A model generated the notes under the pieces. That model was not told the origin of the DNA and searched no databases. It saw nothing but the letters and a program-made list of their open reading frames with translations. A DNA stretch of 42,484 nt from a virus. The DNA lies in IMG/VR virus record IMGVR_UViG_3300045988_021623, positions 1-42,484 of that record, one strand, 5' to 3'. Shown here piece after piece: positions 14,287 through 20,955 of this stretch; positions within the stretch are counted from its first letter, which is position 1, and every line of letters begins with the position of its first letter. A program made the translations under genes and the position numbers.

Positions 14287-14410
14287 GCGCAATTAGCGTG
14301 TCAATCTTGTCTGAGATTTCCTTCAATCCAAATACAACGTCGTTGATCTGGCCTTTCATGATGATGCTGTTCTCTGCCAGTTTGGAAATGTCAAGCTCGT
14401 AGCTCTTCAT
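14219..14410 (-). CDS. Hypothetical small protein
   Basis: ATG at 14410 follows AGAGGTG. Product MKSYELDISKLAENSIIMKGQ... Its 3' end overlaps the convergent ORF 14095..14286. Confidence 0.45.
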   Translation of the reverse strand: MKSYELDISKLAENSIIMKGQINDVVFGLKEISDKIDTLIALKQVELSLLQQQRAPQCQKEQQ

Positions 14411-14595
14411 AGCACACCTCTTTCTTTTAATTTTAAAAATACTTCTGCGCAATCCGCAGCGGATAACTGGTCTATCATTTCAAGGATTTGTTTGCGCAAG
14501 CTCTCGGGGCAATTTTGATCGTTCGCGCTGCTTTTATTGCCTTTCCGCATAACCTGTCCTTTTATTGTACCATTTTTCACGTCATTACACAACAT
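14407..14595 (-). CDS. Hypothetical small protein
   Basis: ATG at 14595 follows GGAGGG, with TATAAT just upstream. Its stop overlaps the next start (ATGA). Confidence 0.45.
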   Translation of the reverse strand: MLCNDVKNGTIKGQVMRKGNKSSANDQNCPESLRKQILEMIDQLSAADCAEVFLKLKERGVL

Positions 14596-14679
14596 TTTGT
14601 GTCCCTCCAAGTAATTATAGTAACGGGGCTATATGTCGATTGTCGCACATAGCGGTGCAAGCATCAATATTTCGAAGTA

Positions 14680-14721
14680 AAGGCCCCGCCGCCCTCTGCA
14701 ACAAACGGCGGGGCCTTTTTG
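14680..14721 (+). terminator. Rho-independent terminator (plus strand)
   Basis: AAGGCCCCGCCG (14680-14691) pairs with CGGCGGGGCCTT (14706-14717) and is followed by TTT. Confidence 0.6.
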
Positions 14722-14884
14722 CAGCCAGCGGGGAGCGGTCGCCGCTGCTTGTTTTGACCATACTCCGCTTTACCTTGGCAATTCAACACCAAAACATTGC
14801 AATAAGACAGCGCTCGACGCGGTTCGACAAGCCCTCATCTTGCGATTTTGTGGCGCAAAAATCGGAAAAATTAAGGTGGCATAA

Positions 14885-15277
14885 ATGAACATTCAAGAAG
14901 TGTGTAGAATCCGTAAAGAAGAATTGAAACTGACCTATCAGGACATTTCCGATGCTTCCGGCGTACCACTGTCCACCGTGCAGAATTTCTTTTCCAAGTT
15001 TTCTAAATCTCCGTCGATCTACACCGTCGCGCCAATCTGCAAAGCGCTTGGAATATCCCTTGATGAGGTGTTCGGGATTTCCGAACACTTGACGCCGACC
15101 GAAGAAACTTTGCAAGCGCGGAATGATGAGCTGGAACGACACGTTGACGCGAAAGCGGACATGATTGAGATCATGCGGCGTGGAGTGCGTATCCGCAACG
15201 GCGTGATTGCTATAATGTTTGCCATTATCGTTCTGCTGGCCGCGTGGTGCTTGTACATTGATTGGAGGGGGATTTGA
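14885..15277 (+). CDS. XRE-family HTH protein with C-terminal transmembrane anchor
   Basis: Contains LTYQDISDASGVPLSTVQNFFSK...ICKALGISLDEVFG, then a coiled coil, then the TM segment VIAIMFAIIVLLAAWCLYI. Its stop overlaps the integrase start. Confidence 0.7.
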   Translation: MNIQEVCRIRKEELKLTYQDISDASGVPLSTVQNFFSKFSKSPSIYTVAPICKALGISLDEVFGISEHLTPTEETLQARNDELERHVDAKADMIEIMRRGVRIRNGVIAIMFAIIVLLAAWCLYIDWRGI

Positions 15278-16290
15278 TGAAGATACCGAAAGCAAAACTA
15301 CTACCGTCCGGCAACTGGAATGTCAGCGTCATGGTAGACGGAAAGCGCGTGTCCGTTACAGCGCCTGCCAAAAGGCAAGCGGAGAATGAAGCTGCCGCGT
15401 TAAAGTCCGGCGCAAAGTCTGCCGCTCGTGCGTCTGAGCGCACGGTTGGTGATGCTATCGACCGATATATTGACAGCAAGGACGCAATACTCTCCCCCTC
15501 CACCGTCAACGGTTACAGAAAACTCCGCAAGGTGGTTTTCCCGGAGCTGATGAGCGTTAAGTGCTCCGCGTTGACGCAGGATCGCGTGCAGCGTGCCGTG
15601 AATAAGATGGCACGGGAAAAGTCCCCTAAGTACGTCCGCAACGCTTACGGCTTATTTACGGCGGCAATATCGGAGGAATGCCCGGATAAAGTGTTCCGTG
15701 TATCTTTGCCGCAAAAGGAAGCGCCTAAAATCAAAATCCCTACCATGGACGAGATCAGAATTCTACACGAAGACTGCAAGGGCGCAGACTTTGAATTGCC
15801 TTTCCTGCTGGCCGTCTGGCTCGGCCTCCGTACATCGGAGATCAGAGGTCTAACATGGGATTGTCTTGACGGTGATATCCTGACGATCAAGCAAGCAATG
15901 GTAGACGGCGAAGACGGTCCGCAGCTCAAGCAGCCAAAAACCTACAGCGGCAACAGAAAACTAAAAGTGCCGCCGTATATTATGGGGCTGCTTGACGCAA
16001 CACCGCGAACAGATGAGTATATTGTCCACGCAACCAGAAATGTCCTGTATAAGCATCTGCAACGCGCGTGTGCCCGCTGCGGAGTTCAGCCGTTCCGCTT
16101 TCACGACCTCCGCCATGTAAACGCATCGGTTATGCTCAGGCTCAATGTCCCCGATAAATACGCAATGGAGCGCATGGGGCACTCTACAAACAACATGCTT
16201 AAAAACGTATATCAGCACACCATGGATGATAAAGCCGTAGCAGTGGCAGATGCCGTTGACGGCTTTTTTGAATCCGAATTTCATCTGTAA
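15277..16290 (+). CDS. int: Tyrosine integrase
   Basis: ATG at 15277 follows GGAGGGGGA. LGLRTSEIRGLTW, HDLRHVNASVML and MGHSTNNMLKNVYQH correspond to the R...HxxR...Y catalytic pattern. Confidence 0.9.
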   Translation: MKIPKAKLLPSGNWNVSVMVDGKRVSVTAPAKRQAENEAAALKSGAKSAARASERTVGDAIDRYIDSKDAILSPSTVNGYRKLRKVVFPELMSVKCSALTQDRVQRAVNKMAREKSPKYVRNAYGLFTAAISEECPDKVFRVSLPQKEAPKIKIPTMDEIRILHEDCKGADFELPFLLAVWLGLRTSEIRGLTWDCLDGDILTIKQAMVDGEDGPQLKQPKTYSGNRKLKVPPYIMGLLDATPRTDEYIVHATRNVLYKHLQRACARCGVQPFRFHDLRHVNASVMLRLNVPDKYAMERMGHSTNNMLKNVYQHTMDDKAVAVADAVDGFFESEFHL

Positions 16291-16313
16291 TTCCATCTGC
16301 AATTCATCTGCAA
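16281..16313 (+). repeat. Arm-type repeat cluster (3 tandem copies)
   Basis: TTCATCTGTAA-TTCCATCTGCAA-TTCATCTGCAA. Confidence 0.6.
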
Positions 16314-16402
16314 AACCGATATTTTTGACGCACTTAATTTGCAAATATCGCAAGTAATGTGCAAACAGGTAACCCCGAAAACCCTTGCAAATACAAGAAA
16401 AA

Positions 16403-16433
16403 CCCCGCAGTCGTTGAAACTGCGAGGTTTTTT
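16403..16433. terminator. Bidirectional hairpin terminator after int
   Basis: CCCCGCAGT (16403-16411) pairs with ACTGCGAGG (16419-16427) with one mismatch. It is followed by TTTTTT on the plus strand and preceded by an A-run, which gives a T-run on the minus strand. Confidence 0.65.
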
Positions 16434-16436
16434 CAT

Positions 16437-16464
16437 TGGTGGAGGCGGCGGGAGTCGAACCCAC
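16437..16464 (-). other. 3'-terminal fragment resembling tmRNA (ssrA) or tRNA-Ala (T-arm, acceptor 3' strand and ACCA); candidate attP core
   Basis: The minus strand reads GTGGG-TTCGACT-CCCGC-CGCCTCC-ACCA, and U70 is compatible with G3:U70. No complementary 5' acceptor strand lies within 100 nt, so it is a fragment and not a gene. Confidence 0.55.
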
Positions 16465-16510
16465 AACCGAAACCGCAAAAACATTGATATTGCAAGGTTT
16501 TTTGAACACC

Positions 16511-16531
16511 GTCTGCAATTCCATCTGCAAT
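16511..16531 (+). repeat. Arm-type repeat cluster (distal side)
   Basis: GTCTGCAA-TTCCATCTGCAA. The TTCCATCTGCAA copy is identical to the one at 16291-16302. Confidence 0.6.
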
Positions 16532-16852
16532 TTATTTTTCGAGCTTTCGCATGACGCTGTTGTATACGCGCTCGTTTACAATTTTCAAACTGTCCATCAG
16601 CTCGTCCATGATCTCCCACGCCTTGTCCGGTGGAACATCTGCCACTGAGCGCAGAAAGTCGCTATCGCCGTATGTTTCAACGTTGACCGGCGCGGGCGCT
16701 GCGGAATATGCCATCGGCAAAGCCCTCTCTCTGCTGCCGCTTTGCTGGTCACGGATGGCATACAGCACGGCAAGGCGCTCATAGTTTGTCCAGCTTGATT
16801 CCTCCGTTTCAAGGCGAGCTATCCAGCGTTTGACCTCATTCTCGTCGACCAT
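16532..16852 (-). CDS. Hypothetical protein (island gene 8)
   Basis: 106-aa ORF with ATG 7 nt after AAGGGGGTG. Contains ...GDSDFLRSVADVPPDKAWEIMDELMDSLKIVNERVYNSVMRKL. Confidence 0.6.
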   Translation of the reverse strand: MVDENEVKRWIARLETEESSWTNYERLAVLYAIRDQQSGSRERALPMAYSAAPAPVNVETYGDSDFLRSVADVPPDKAWEIMDELMDSLKIVNERVYNSVMRKLEK

Positions 16853-16867
16853 AGGGGCGCACCCCCT

Positions 16868-17275
16868 TTAGCCATCAATCGTGTCCATGCAGCGCTGAAT
16901 GGCTCTGCGGATGCTTTCGTCATCGGCGTTGTCCAGCATTTCCTGCAACTGGCGTTTCATGCTGTCCATGCTTCCGTCGCGGGAATAGTGTCCGCGTACA
17001 TAATGCGTGCCGCGTCTCGCGTTGGACATATCACGGTCATAAGCGCCGCGCATACCCGACTGCCAGTCTCCGTCGCGGGAATAGCGGCGAGAATAGTCCT
17101 CATCGCGGGAATAGCCGTCGTCCTCCAACATCTCGATTTTATCGATGTTTTTGATGGTGTCCGTCAGCTTGTGCGCAATTTCGAGGTCGCCCGCGCCAAG
17201 CTCGCCCTTACGGGCCAGCTCGTCGAGTTCGTCGCACAGCATATTGCGCAGATCATACATTGCTTTCTTGCTCAT
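16868..17275 (-). CDS. Hypothetical protein rich in R/D/Y/S repeats (island gene 7)
   Basis: ATG at 17275 follows GAAAGGAGAA. Contains DDGYSRDEDYSRRYSRDGDW...HYVRGHYSRDGS. Confidence 0.6.
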   Translation of the reverse strand: MSKKAMYDLRNMLCDELDELARKGELGAGDLEIAHKLTDTIKNIDKIEMLEDDGYSRDEDYSRRYSRDGDWQSGMRGAYDRDMSNARRGTHYVRGHYSRDGSMDSMKRQLQEMLDNADDESIRRAIQRCMDTIDG

Positions 17276-17288
17276 GTCCATTCTCCTT

Positions 17289-17711
17289 TCACGCGATTCT
17301 CTCAACCGTCAGATTCGAGTTAGCGAAGTTGACGGCCTGAGTGCTGGTGTTTTCCATTGCGACCGTCAAGCAGCAGCCTTTCGGAACGCAGACCTGTGCG
17401 GAAACATAAATGTTAAAGTAGTTTTCTACCGCCGCAGGCGTGACAGTCGCCGTTGCACTGGTCAACGGCTCTCCGTTGATGGCAAGCGCCGCCGTGATGG
17501 CCTCGACCGTGCCTCCGGTGGGAATAGCGATGTTGCCGCCATAGGAGACCCTAAACAGAGCGCGATTTTGATTGGTGAGGCCGCGAAGCGTGACAACGCC
17601 TGCGCCCTGACGATGCACGATACAGGGCTTGCTATTGACCGCCGTTTCAGTCAGGGGAACGTTCTGTCCAGCAGCAACGGTCTGAATTGCCGCAGAAGTA
17701 AATTCTGCCAT
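17289..17711 (-). CDS. BclA-C-terminal/C1q-TNF-like jelly-roll protein candidate (island gene 6)
   Basis: ATG at 17711 follows GAAAGGAA. The all-beta pattern QNVPLTETAVN...GVVTLRG...LFRVSYGGNIA...LAINGEPL...VAMENTS...NLTVERIA has the same layout as BclA C-terminal domains. Confidence 0.4.
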   Translation of the reverse strand: MAEFTSAAIQTVAAGQNVPLTETAVNSKPCIVHRQGAGVVTLRGLTNQNRALFRVSYGGNIAIPTGGTVEAITAALAINGEPLTSATATVTPAAVENYFNIYVSAQVCVPKGCCLTVAMENTSTQAVNFANSNLTVERIA

Positions 17712-17834
17712 TAAAATCATTCCTTTCTCAGTTAAAATACAGCGGCAGGGCTATTGCCCCGCCGCGTTGTTGTCAGTATCGGCACGGGGCCGACCATTTT
17801 CCCCATGTGGGGAAAAAGCTATGCTATGCAGTTG

Positions 17835-18560
17835 TCAGCAGCCGCAAGCGGAACCACAGCCGCCGTAGCCGCTACCCGCCCACGGGTTACAGGTAATGTA
17901 AGCCGGGGAAGGGCACGGGCGAAGCTGCGAAATGAGGTAGTTATTCTGTGCAGCCTGAGACGCAGCCAGCTTGAGATTCTGGTTCTCGGTCTGAAGATCG
18001 GACAGCTTGCTCTGCGTGAGGAAGTCGAGGATGGCACGGCTGTTCTGGTTGTTCGCGTCAATGATGTCGCGGGCTGCCGTGTTGACCGTGTTGCGCGTGT
18101 CGCACGCCTGCGTCGCCATATCATAGCGCACCTGCGCGATAGCCGCGCGATTCTCGCAGCAGCAATTTGCGGCCTGCATCTGCATGGCGTTGAGCTGCTG
18201 CATCAGAGCCGCCTGCTGGTTGCTGCGGGAAAGCTCGGCATTGCCGAAGCCGGTGTTGATGGCCTGTGTGGTCGCAGCAAAGCCGCCAGTAATGGCATTG
18301 TTCAACGCAAAGGTGGAATCGCAAATGCCATTTGCAATACTGTCGAGCTTGCGCTCAACGCTCGCAAAGTCAGATGTCAGAACGTAGCCGTCCATCACAC
18401 CGCCGCCGTTACCGTTGCCAAATCCGTTGCGGCCCCAGCCGAAGAGGAAAAGAACGATAATCCAGATCCAGTTGTCGCCCCACATGCCCATACCGCCGCC
18501 GTAATTGTTCGCGGGCGCGACCGGCATAGTCATCATGGGAGCCCCGTCGGAAAGAGACAT
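17835..18560 (-). CDS. Gly-rich membrane protein with Q/N-rich helical region and Cys-rich C-terminus (island gene 5)
   Basis: ATG at 18560 follows GAAAGGAGAG. Has NYGGGMGMWGDNWIWIIVLFLFGWGRNGFGNGNGGG (TM segment), ANCCCENR, and a C-terminal CPSPAYITCNPWAGSGYGGCGSACGC. Confidence 0.6.
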   Translation of the reverse strand: MSLSDGAPMMTMPVAPANNYGGGMGMWGDNWIWIIVLFLFGWGRNGFGNGNGGGVMDGYVLTSDFASVERKLDSIANGICDSTFALNNAITGGFAATTQAINTGFGNAELSRSNQQAALMQQLNAMQMQAANCCCENRAAIAQVRYDMATQACDTRNTVNTAARDIIDANNQNSRAILDFLTQSKLSDLQTENQNLKLAASQAAQNNYLISQLRPCPSPAYITCNPWAGSGYGGCGSACGC

Positions 18561-18611
18561 ATTATCTCTCCTTTCATAAATTTTATTTATCAAATCGTGG
18601 CCACGATAAGA

Positions 18612-18836
18612 TCAATGGAATAAATGCTCGAACTGTTTTGCCATAGATTGAAGTTGGTTTAACTCCTGCTGGCTCATCGCGCCAGATTGCAGGAGCTTAT
18701 TGACTTCTTCTTTCGGGTTCCCCTGAAAGCCGCTTTGGAACTGTTGGAATTTCTGCTTGAGCTGCATCAGCTCACCCATCGGCCCCGGCATCTGCCCGCC
18801 GCCGAGAGCACCGAAAAACGGATTAGTCATCGTCAT
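18612..18836 (-). CDS. Small G/Q-rich protein (island gene 4)
   Basis: 74 aa: MTMTNPFFGALGGGQMPGPMGELMQLKQKFQQFQSGFQG... Confidence 0.5.
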   Translation of the reverse strand: MTMTNPFFGALGGGQMPGPMGELMQLKQKFQQFQSGFQGNPKEEVNKLLQSGAMSQQELNQLQSMAKQFEHLFH

Positions 18837-19272
18837 CGTCCTCGTCCTCCTCGACCTTGCGTTTCTTTTTGCCCTTTATTTCGCCCACAAGCGCCGCCAG
18901 ACGGTCGAACTCCTCGCGGGTGACAAATTCCACGCCCTTTTCCTGCGGAGCCGTGCGGGGCGTTTCTGCGCGCTCTACAAGGTCGTAAATCTTGAGCGTC
19001 GGCTTGCCGCTTGCATCCGCTTGCTTGAGATACACAGTCGGCGCGGTAGAATCCCACAGCGCCACAGCGGAGTTGGGCGCGATGAGATAGCCCCTTGCCT
19101 CCTGCTCGCCGCTTACCCACTGCACGCCGCCCTGCGCGATGGGGTTCTGTTGCACTGGCTGCGACATAGGCTGCTGCATGGGCTGCATCTGTGGCTGCTG
19201 CATCTGCCGCATCTGCATGAGGTTGTCCGGCATTGGCTGCGGGTAATAGGGGTTGAAATAGGGATATGCCAT
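18823..19272 (-). CDS. P/Q/Y-rich N-terminus, globular domain and poly-acidic tail protein (island gene 3)
   Basis: ATG at 19272 lies 6 nt after GGAGGA. MAYPYFNPYYPQPMPDNLMQMRQMQQPQMQPMQQP...KKKRKVEEDEDDDDD. Confidence 0.6.
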   Translation of the reverse strand: MAYPYFNPYYPQPMPDNLMQMRQMQQPQMQPMQQPMSQPVQQNPIAQGGVQWVSGEQEARGYLIAPNSAVALWDSTAPTVYLKQADASGKPTLKIYDLVERAETPRTAPQEKGVEFVTREEFDRLAALVGEIKGKKKRKVEEDEDDDDD

Positions 19273-19274
19273 GT

Positions 19275-19658
19275 TCATTCCTCCGTTTCTTTGACCCAGT
19301 AATAAAGCGGGATTTCGTTCTCGCTGTTCCAACTGTCATAGATCACGCCGTCTTGCACGCACACTACATGGCCAGAGAGCGCGAGAATATATGTCCCGCG
19401 CGGGTGGTCATCGGCGAACTTACCGACCGTGTAGCAGTCCGGGTAAGTGTCCGGCATGATGTATCTCCGGTAGCCTAAAGACCGCAGATACACGCCCCAA
19501 CAAGCGTTTGCGTTGGGGAGGTCACCGTCCAAATACCCCTGTATGCAGAGGGCAAAATAGACCTCGCCCCAGTCTTTCCCGGTCGCCTTGCAGATCGCGC
19601 GCACAGTGCAGTCCGACACGTTGTGCCCTGCGGGATTGGGATTGAAATAGCTATACAT
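19275..19658 (-). CDS. Papain-like (C39-like) cysteine peptidase candidate (island gene 2)
   Basis: ATG at 19658 overlaps the stop of the 40-aa ORF. Candidate Cys-His-Asp triad: GHNVSDCTVRAICKATGKDWG, then LSGHVVCV and YDSW. Confidence 0.4.
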   Translation of the reverse strand: MYSYFNPNPAGHNVSDCTVRAICKATGKDWGEVYFALCIQGYLDGDLPNANACWGVYLRSLGYRRYIMPDTYPDCYTVGKFADDHPRGTYILALSGHVVCVQDGVIYDSWNSENEIPLYYWVKETEE

Positions 19659-19773
19659 GGAAAAGCTCCGCGAAATAGACATAAGTGCGCAACTCGTCAG
19701 GGTCAGGGAACAGCGTCAAAATGTCCATTGCCATTTGCTCCGTAAAACCCAAAGCTAAAAGTCGGTCGTACAT
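19651..19773 (-). CDS. Small protein (40 aa, island gene 1)
   Basis: The product is MYDRLLALGFTEQMAMDILTLFPDPDELRTYVYFAELFHV. The ATG follows GAAAGAAGGTG. It is not in the ORF track. Confidence 0.4.
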   Translation of the reverse strand: MYDRLLALGFTEQMAMDILTLFPDPDELRTYVYFAELFHV

Positions 19774-19830
19774 TTTGCGCACCTTCTTTCTTATTCTGTT
19801 TTTATGATGCCATAAAAGGCTGGCCTTGAA

Positions 19831-19869
19831 TGGTCAGCCTTTGGTCATCGTTTGGTCATTATTTGGTCA
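19831..19869. repeat. Four direct TGGTCA repeats phased at exactly 11 bp
   Basis: TGGTCA occurs at 19831, 19842, 19853 and 19864. The last three copies extend to TTTGGTCA. Confidence 0.85.
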
Positions 19870-19889
19870 AAAAATATTTCAAAAAGCCC

Positions 19890-19918
19890 TTGACATTACG
19901 CTAATATTAGCGTATAAT
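19890..19918 (+). promoter_or_regulatory. Consensus sigma-70/SigA promoter with embedded palindromic operator
   Basis: TTGACA (19890-95), 17-nt spacer, TATAAT (19913-18). The 18-bp perfect palindrome TACGCTAATATTAGCGTA (19897-19914) fills the spacer. Confidence 0.75.
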
Positions 19919-19958
19919 AAGAGCATAAAGAAAGGGGAAACCCAAGGAGGAACGAACC

Positions 19959-20228
19959 ATGAAGGGTACTGAGAAGCAGATCGCGTGGGCCGAAGAACTG
20001 AAAGCGAAGTCCATCGCCGCATTGGAGTGGATGAGAGAGAACCCAAGTGACCCAGGTAAGGCAAACATCGAAATGTGGAACAAGGGGATTGACTTCCAGA
20101 TCGGCCGCATTAACTCCGTAGAATATGCCGGCAAGCTGATTGATGTTCTTCGTTTTGTGAATTTTAACGGCACCCCGGAGCAGGTCGGCATGGCCGTGGT
20201 GTCCCAGACTAACCGCTATCTGAAATAA
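19959..20228 (+). CDS. Hypothetical protein (moron gene 1)
   Basis: AAGGAGG RBS; 89 aa; MKGTEKQIAWAEELKAKSIAALEWMRENP... Confidence 0.6.
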   Translation: MKGTEKQIAWAEELKAKSIAALEWMRENPSDPGKANIEMWNKGIDFQIGRINSVEYAGKLIDVLRFVNFNGTPEQVGMAVVSQTNRYLK

Positions 20229-20241
20229 GGAGGAAAGAACA

Positions 20242-20436
20242 ATGGAGAAAGAGGAATTGATCCGGAAATTGGGACAGGCCCCCGGCAAAAACTTTGTGGA
20301 AGACGGTTATTTTTACGGCTACGCGCTCATCAAGCGGGCAACCGGAGAAGAAACGACCGCCATTGTCAGGAAACCCGTCGGCGCGAAATATCGGGAGTAC
20401 GAGGTGCTTTACTACGCGCCGGAAATCGAACTCTGA
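20242..20436 (+). CDS. Hypothetical protein (moron gene 2)
   Basis: AAGGAGGAAAG RBS; 64 aa. Confidence 0.55.
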   Translation: MEKEELIRKLGQAPGKNFVEDGYFYGYALIKRATGEETTAIVRKPVGAKYREYEVLYYAPEIEL

Positions 20437-20449
20437 GGGAGGGCAACTG

Positions 20450-20731
20450 ATGCGCAGGAAATATGCAGACTGCCAGCGAGAAGACGGAGATTGCACCGCC
20501 TGCTCCTTGGTCAACTGCGGACGCGACTGCCACAACCGCGCGATATCAAAATTAGAATGGTCGCGCCGCATGGCCGAGATGACGCAAGCCAACCTCGCCG
20601 AGAAATCCGGCGTGAATATCCGCCAAATCCAGCGAGTGGAGCTGGGAGAATCCGACGCCGGGAATCTGACGGCCAGAAACCTGATCGCCATTGCCGACGT
20701 GCTCGGCGTAGATGCAAAATCTTTGTTATAA
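20450..20731 (+). CDS. XRE-family HTH regulator with N-terminal Cys cluster (moron gene 3)
   Basis: ATG at 20450 follows GAGGGAGGG. Contains CQREDGDCTACSLVNCGRDCHNR, then MTQANLAEKSGVNIRQIQRVELGE...LIAIADVLGV. Confidence 0.7.
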   Translation: MRRKYADCQREDGDCTACSLVNCGRDCHNRAISKLEWSRRMAEMTQANLAEKSGVNIRQIQRVELGESDAGNLTARNLIAIADVLGVDAKSLL

Positions 20732-20747
20732 CAGGGGAGCGGAGCAA

Positions 20748-20939
20748 ATGAGCAGTTTTTTTATCGCAAGCAAAACCCAAGCGGAAACTATCCTTGAAGA
20801 ATTTGAAAAATGCCGTGGCTGCGGGAATTGCGGCCTGAATACCGCCGAAGGATGGAAATGCAGTTACCTCGCGGAATGTGCCAGAGAATACCTGGAAAGG
20901 CACCGCAACGAGGAAAAACAAAAAGAGAGCACCGATTAA
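20748..20939 (+). CDS. Small Cys-rich protein (moron gene 4)
   Basis: ATG at 20748 follows GGGGAGCGGAG. Contains CRGCGNCG...C...C. Confidence 0.5.
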   Translation: MSSFFIASKTQAETILEEFEKCRGCGNCGLNTAEGWKCSYLAECAREYLERHRNEEKQKESTD

Positions 20940-20955
20940 ACTCGGTGCTCTCTTT
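20922..20955. terminator. Bidirectional hairpin terminator at convergent gene ends
   Basis: AAAGAGAGCACCGA (20922-35), loop TTAAAC, TCGGTGCTCTCTTT (20942-55). This is a perfect 14-bp stem flanked by A and T runs. Confidence 0.7.

Larger units (their letters stand above)
16281..16531. mobile_element. attP-like region: arm-type repeats flanking a tmRNA/tRNA-Ala 3'-end-like core
   Basis: Lies immediately downstream of int. The core is at 16437-16464, flanked by TTC(C)ATCTG(C/T)AA repeats on both sides. Confidence 0.55.

Noticed and set aside
16437-16515. A complete tRNA or tmRNA gene downstream of int
   Set aside because: Only the T-arm, the 3' acceptor strand and CCA are present. The upstream sequence in tRNA orientation cannot form the acceptor, D or anticodon arms.
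17754-18623. 289-aa plus-strand ORF (with 17819..18124 and other overlapping frames)
   Set aside because: It is antisense to, or out of frame with, the RBS-supported 17835..18560 gene, and it is Ala/Arg/Val-rich.
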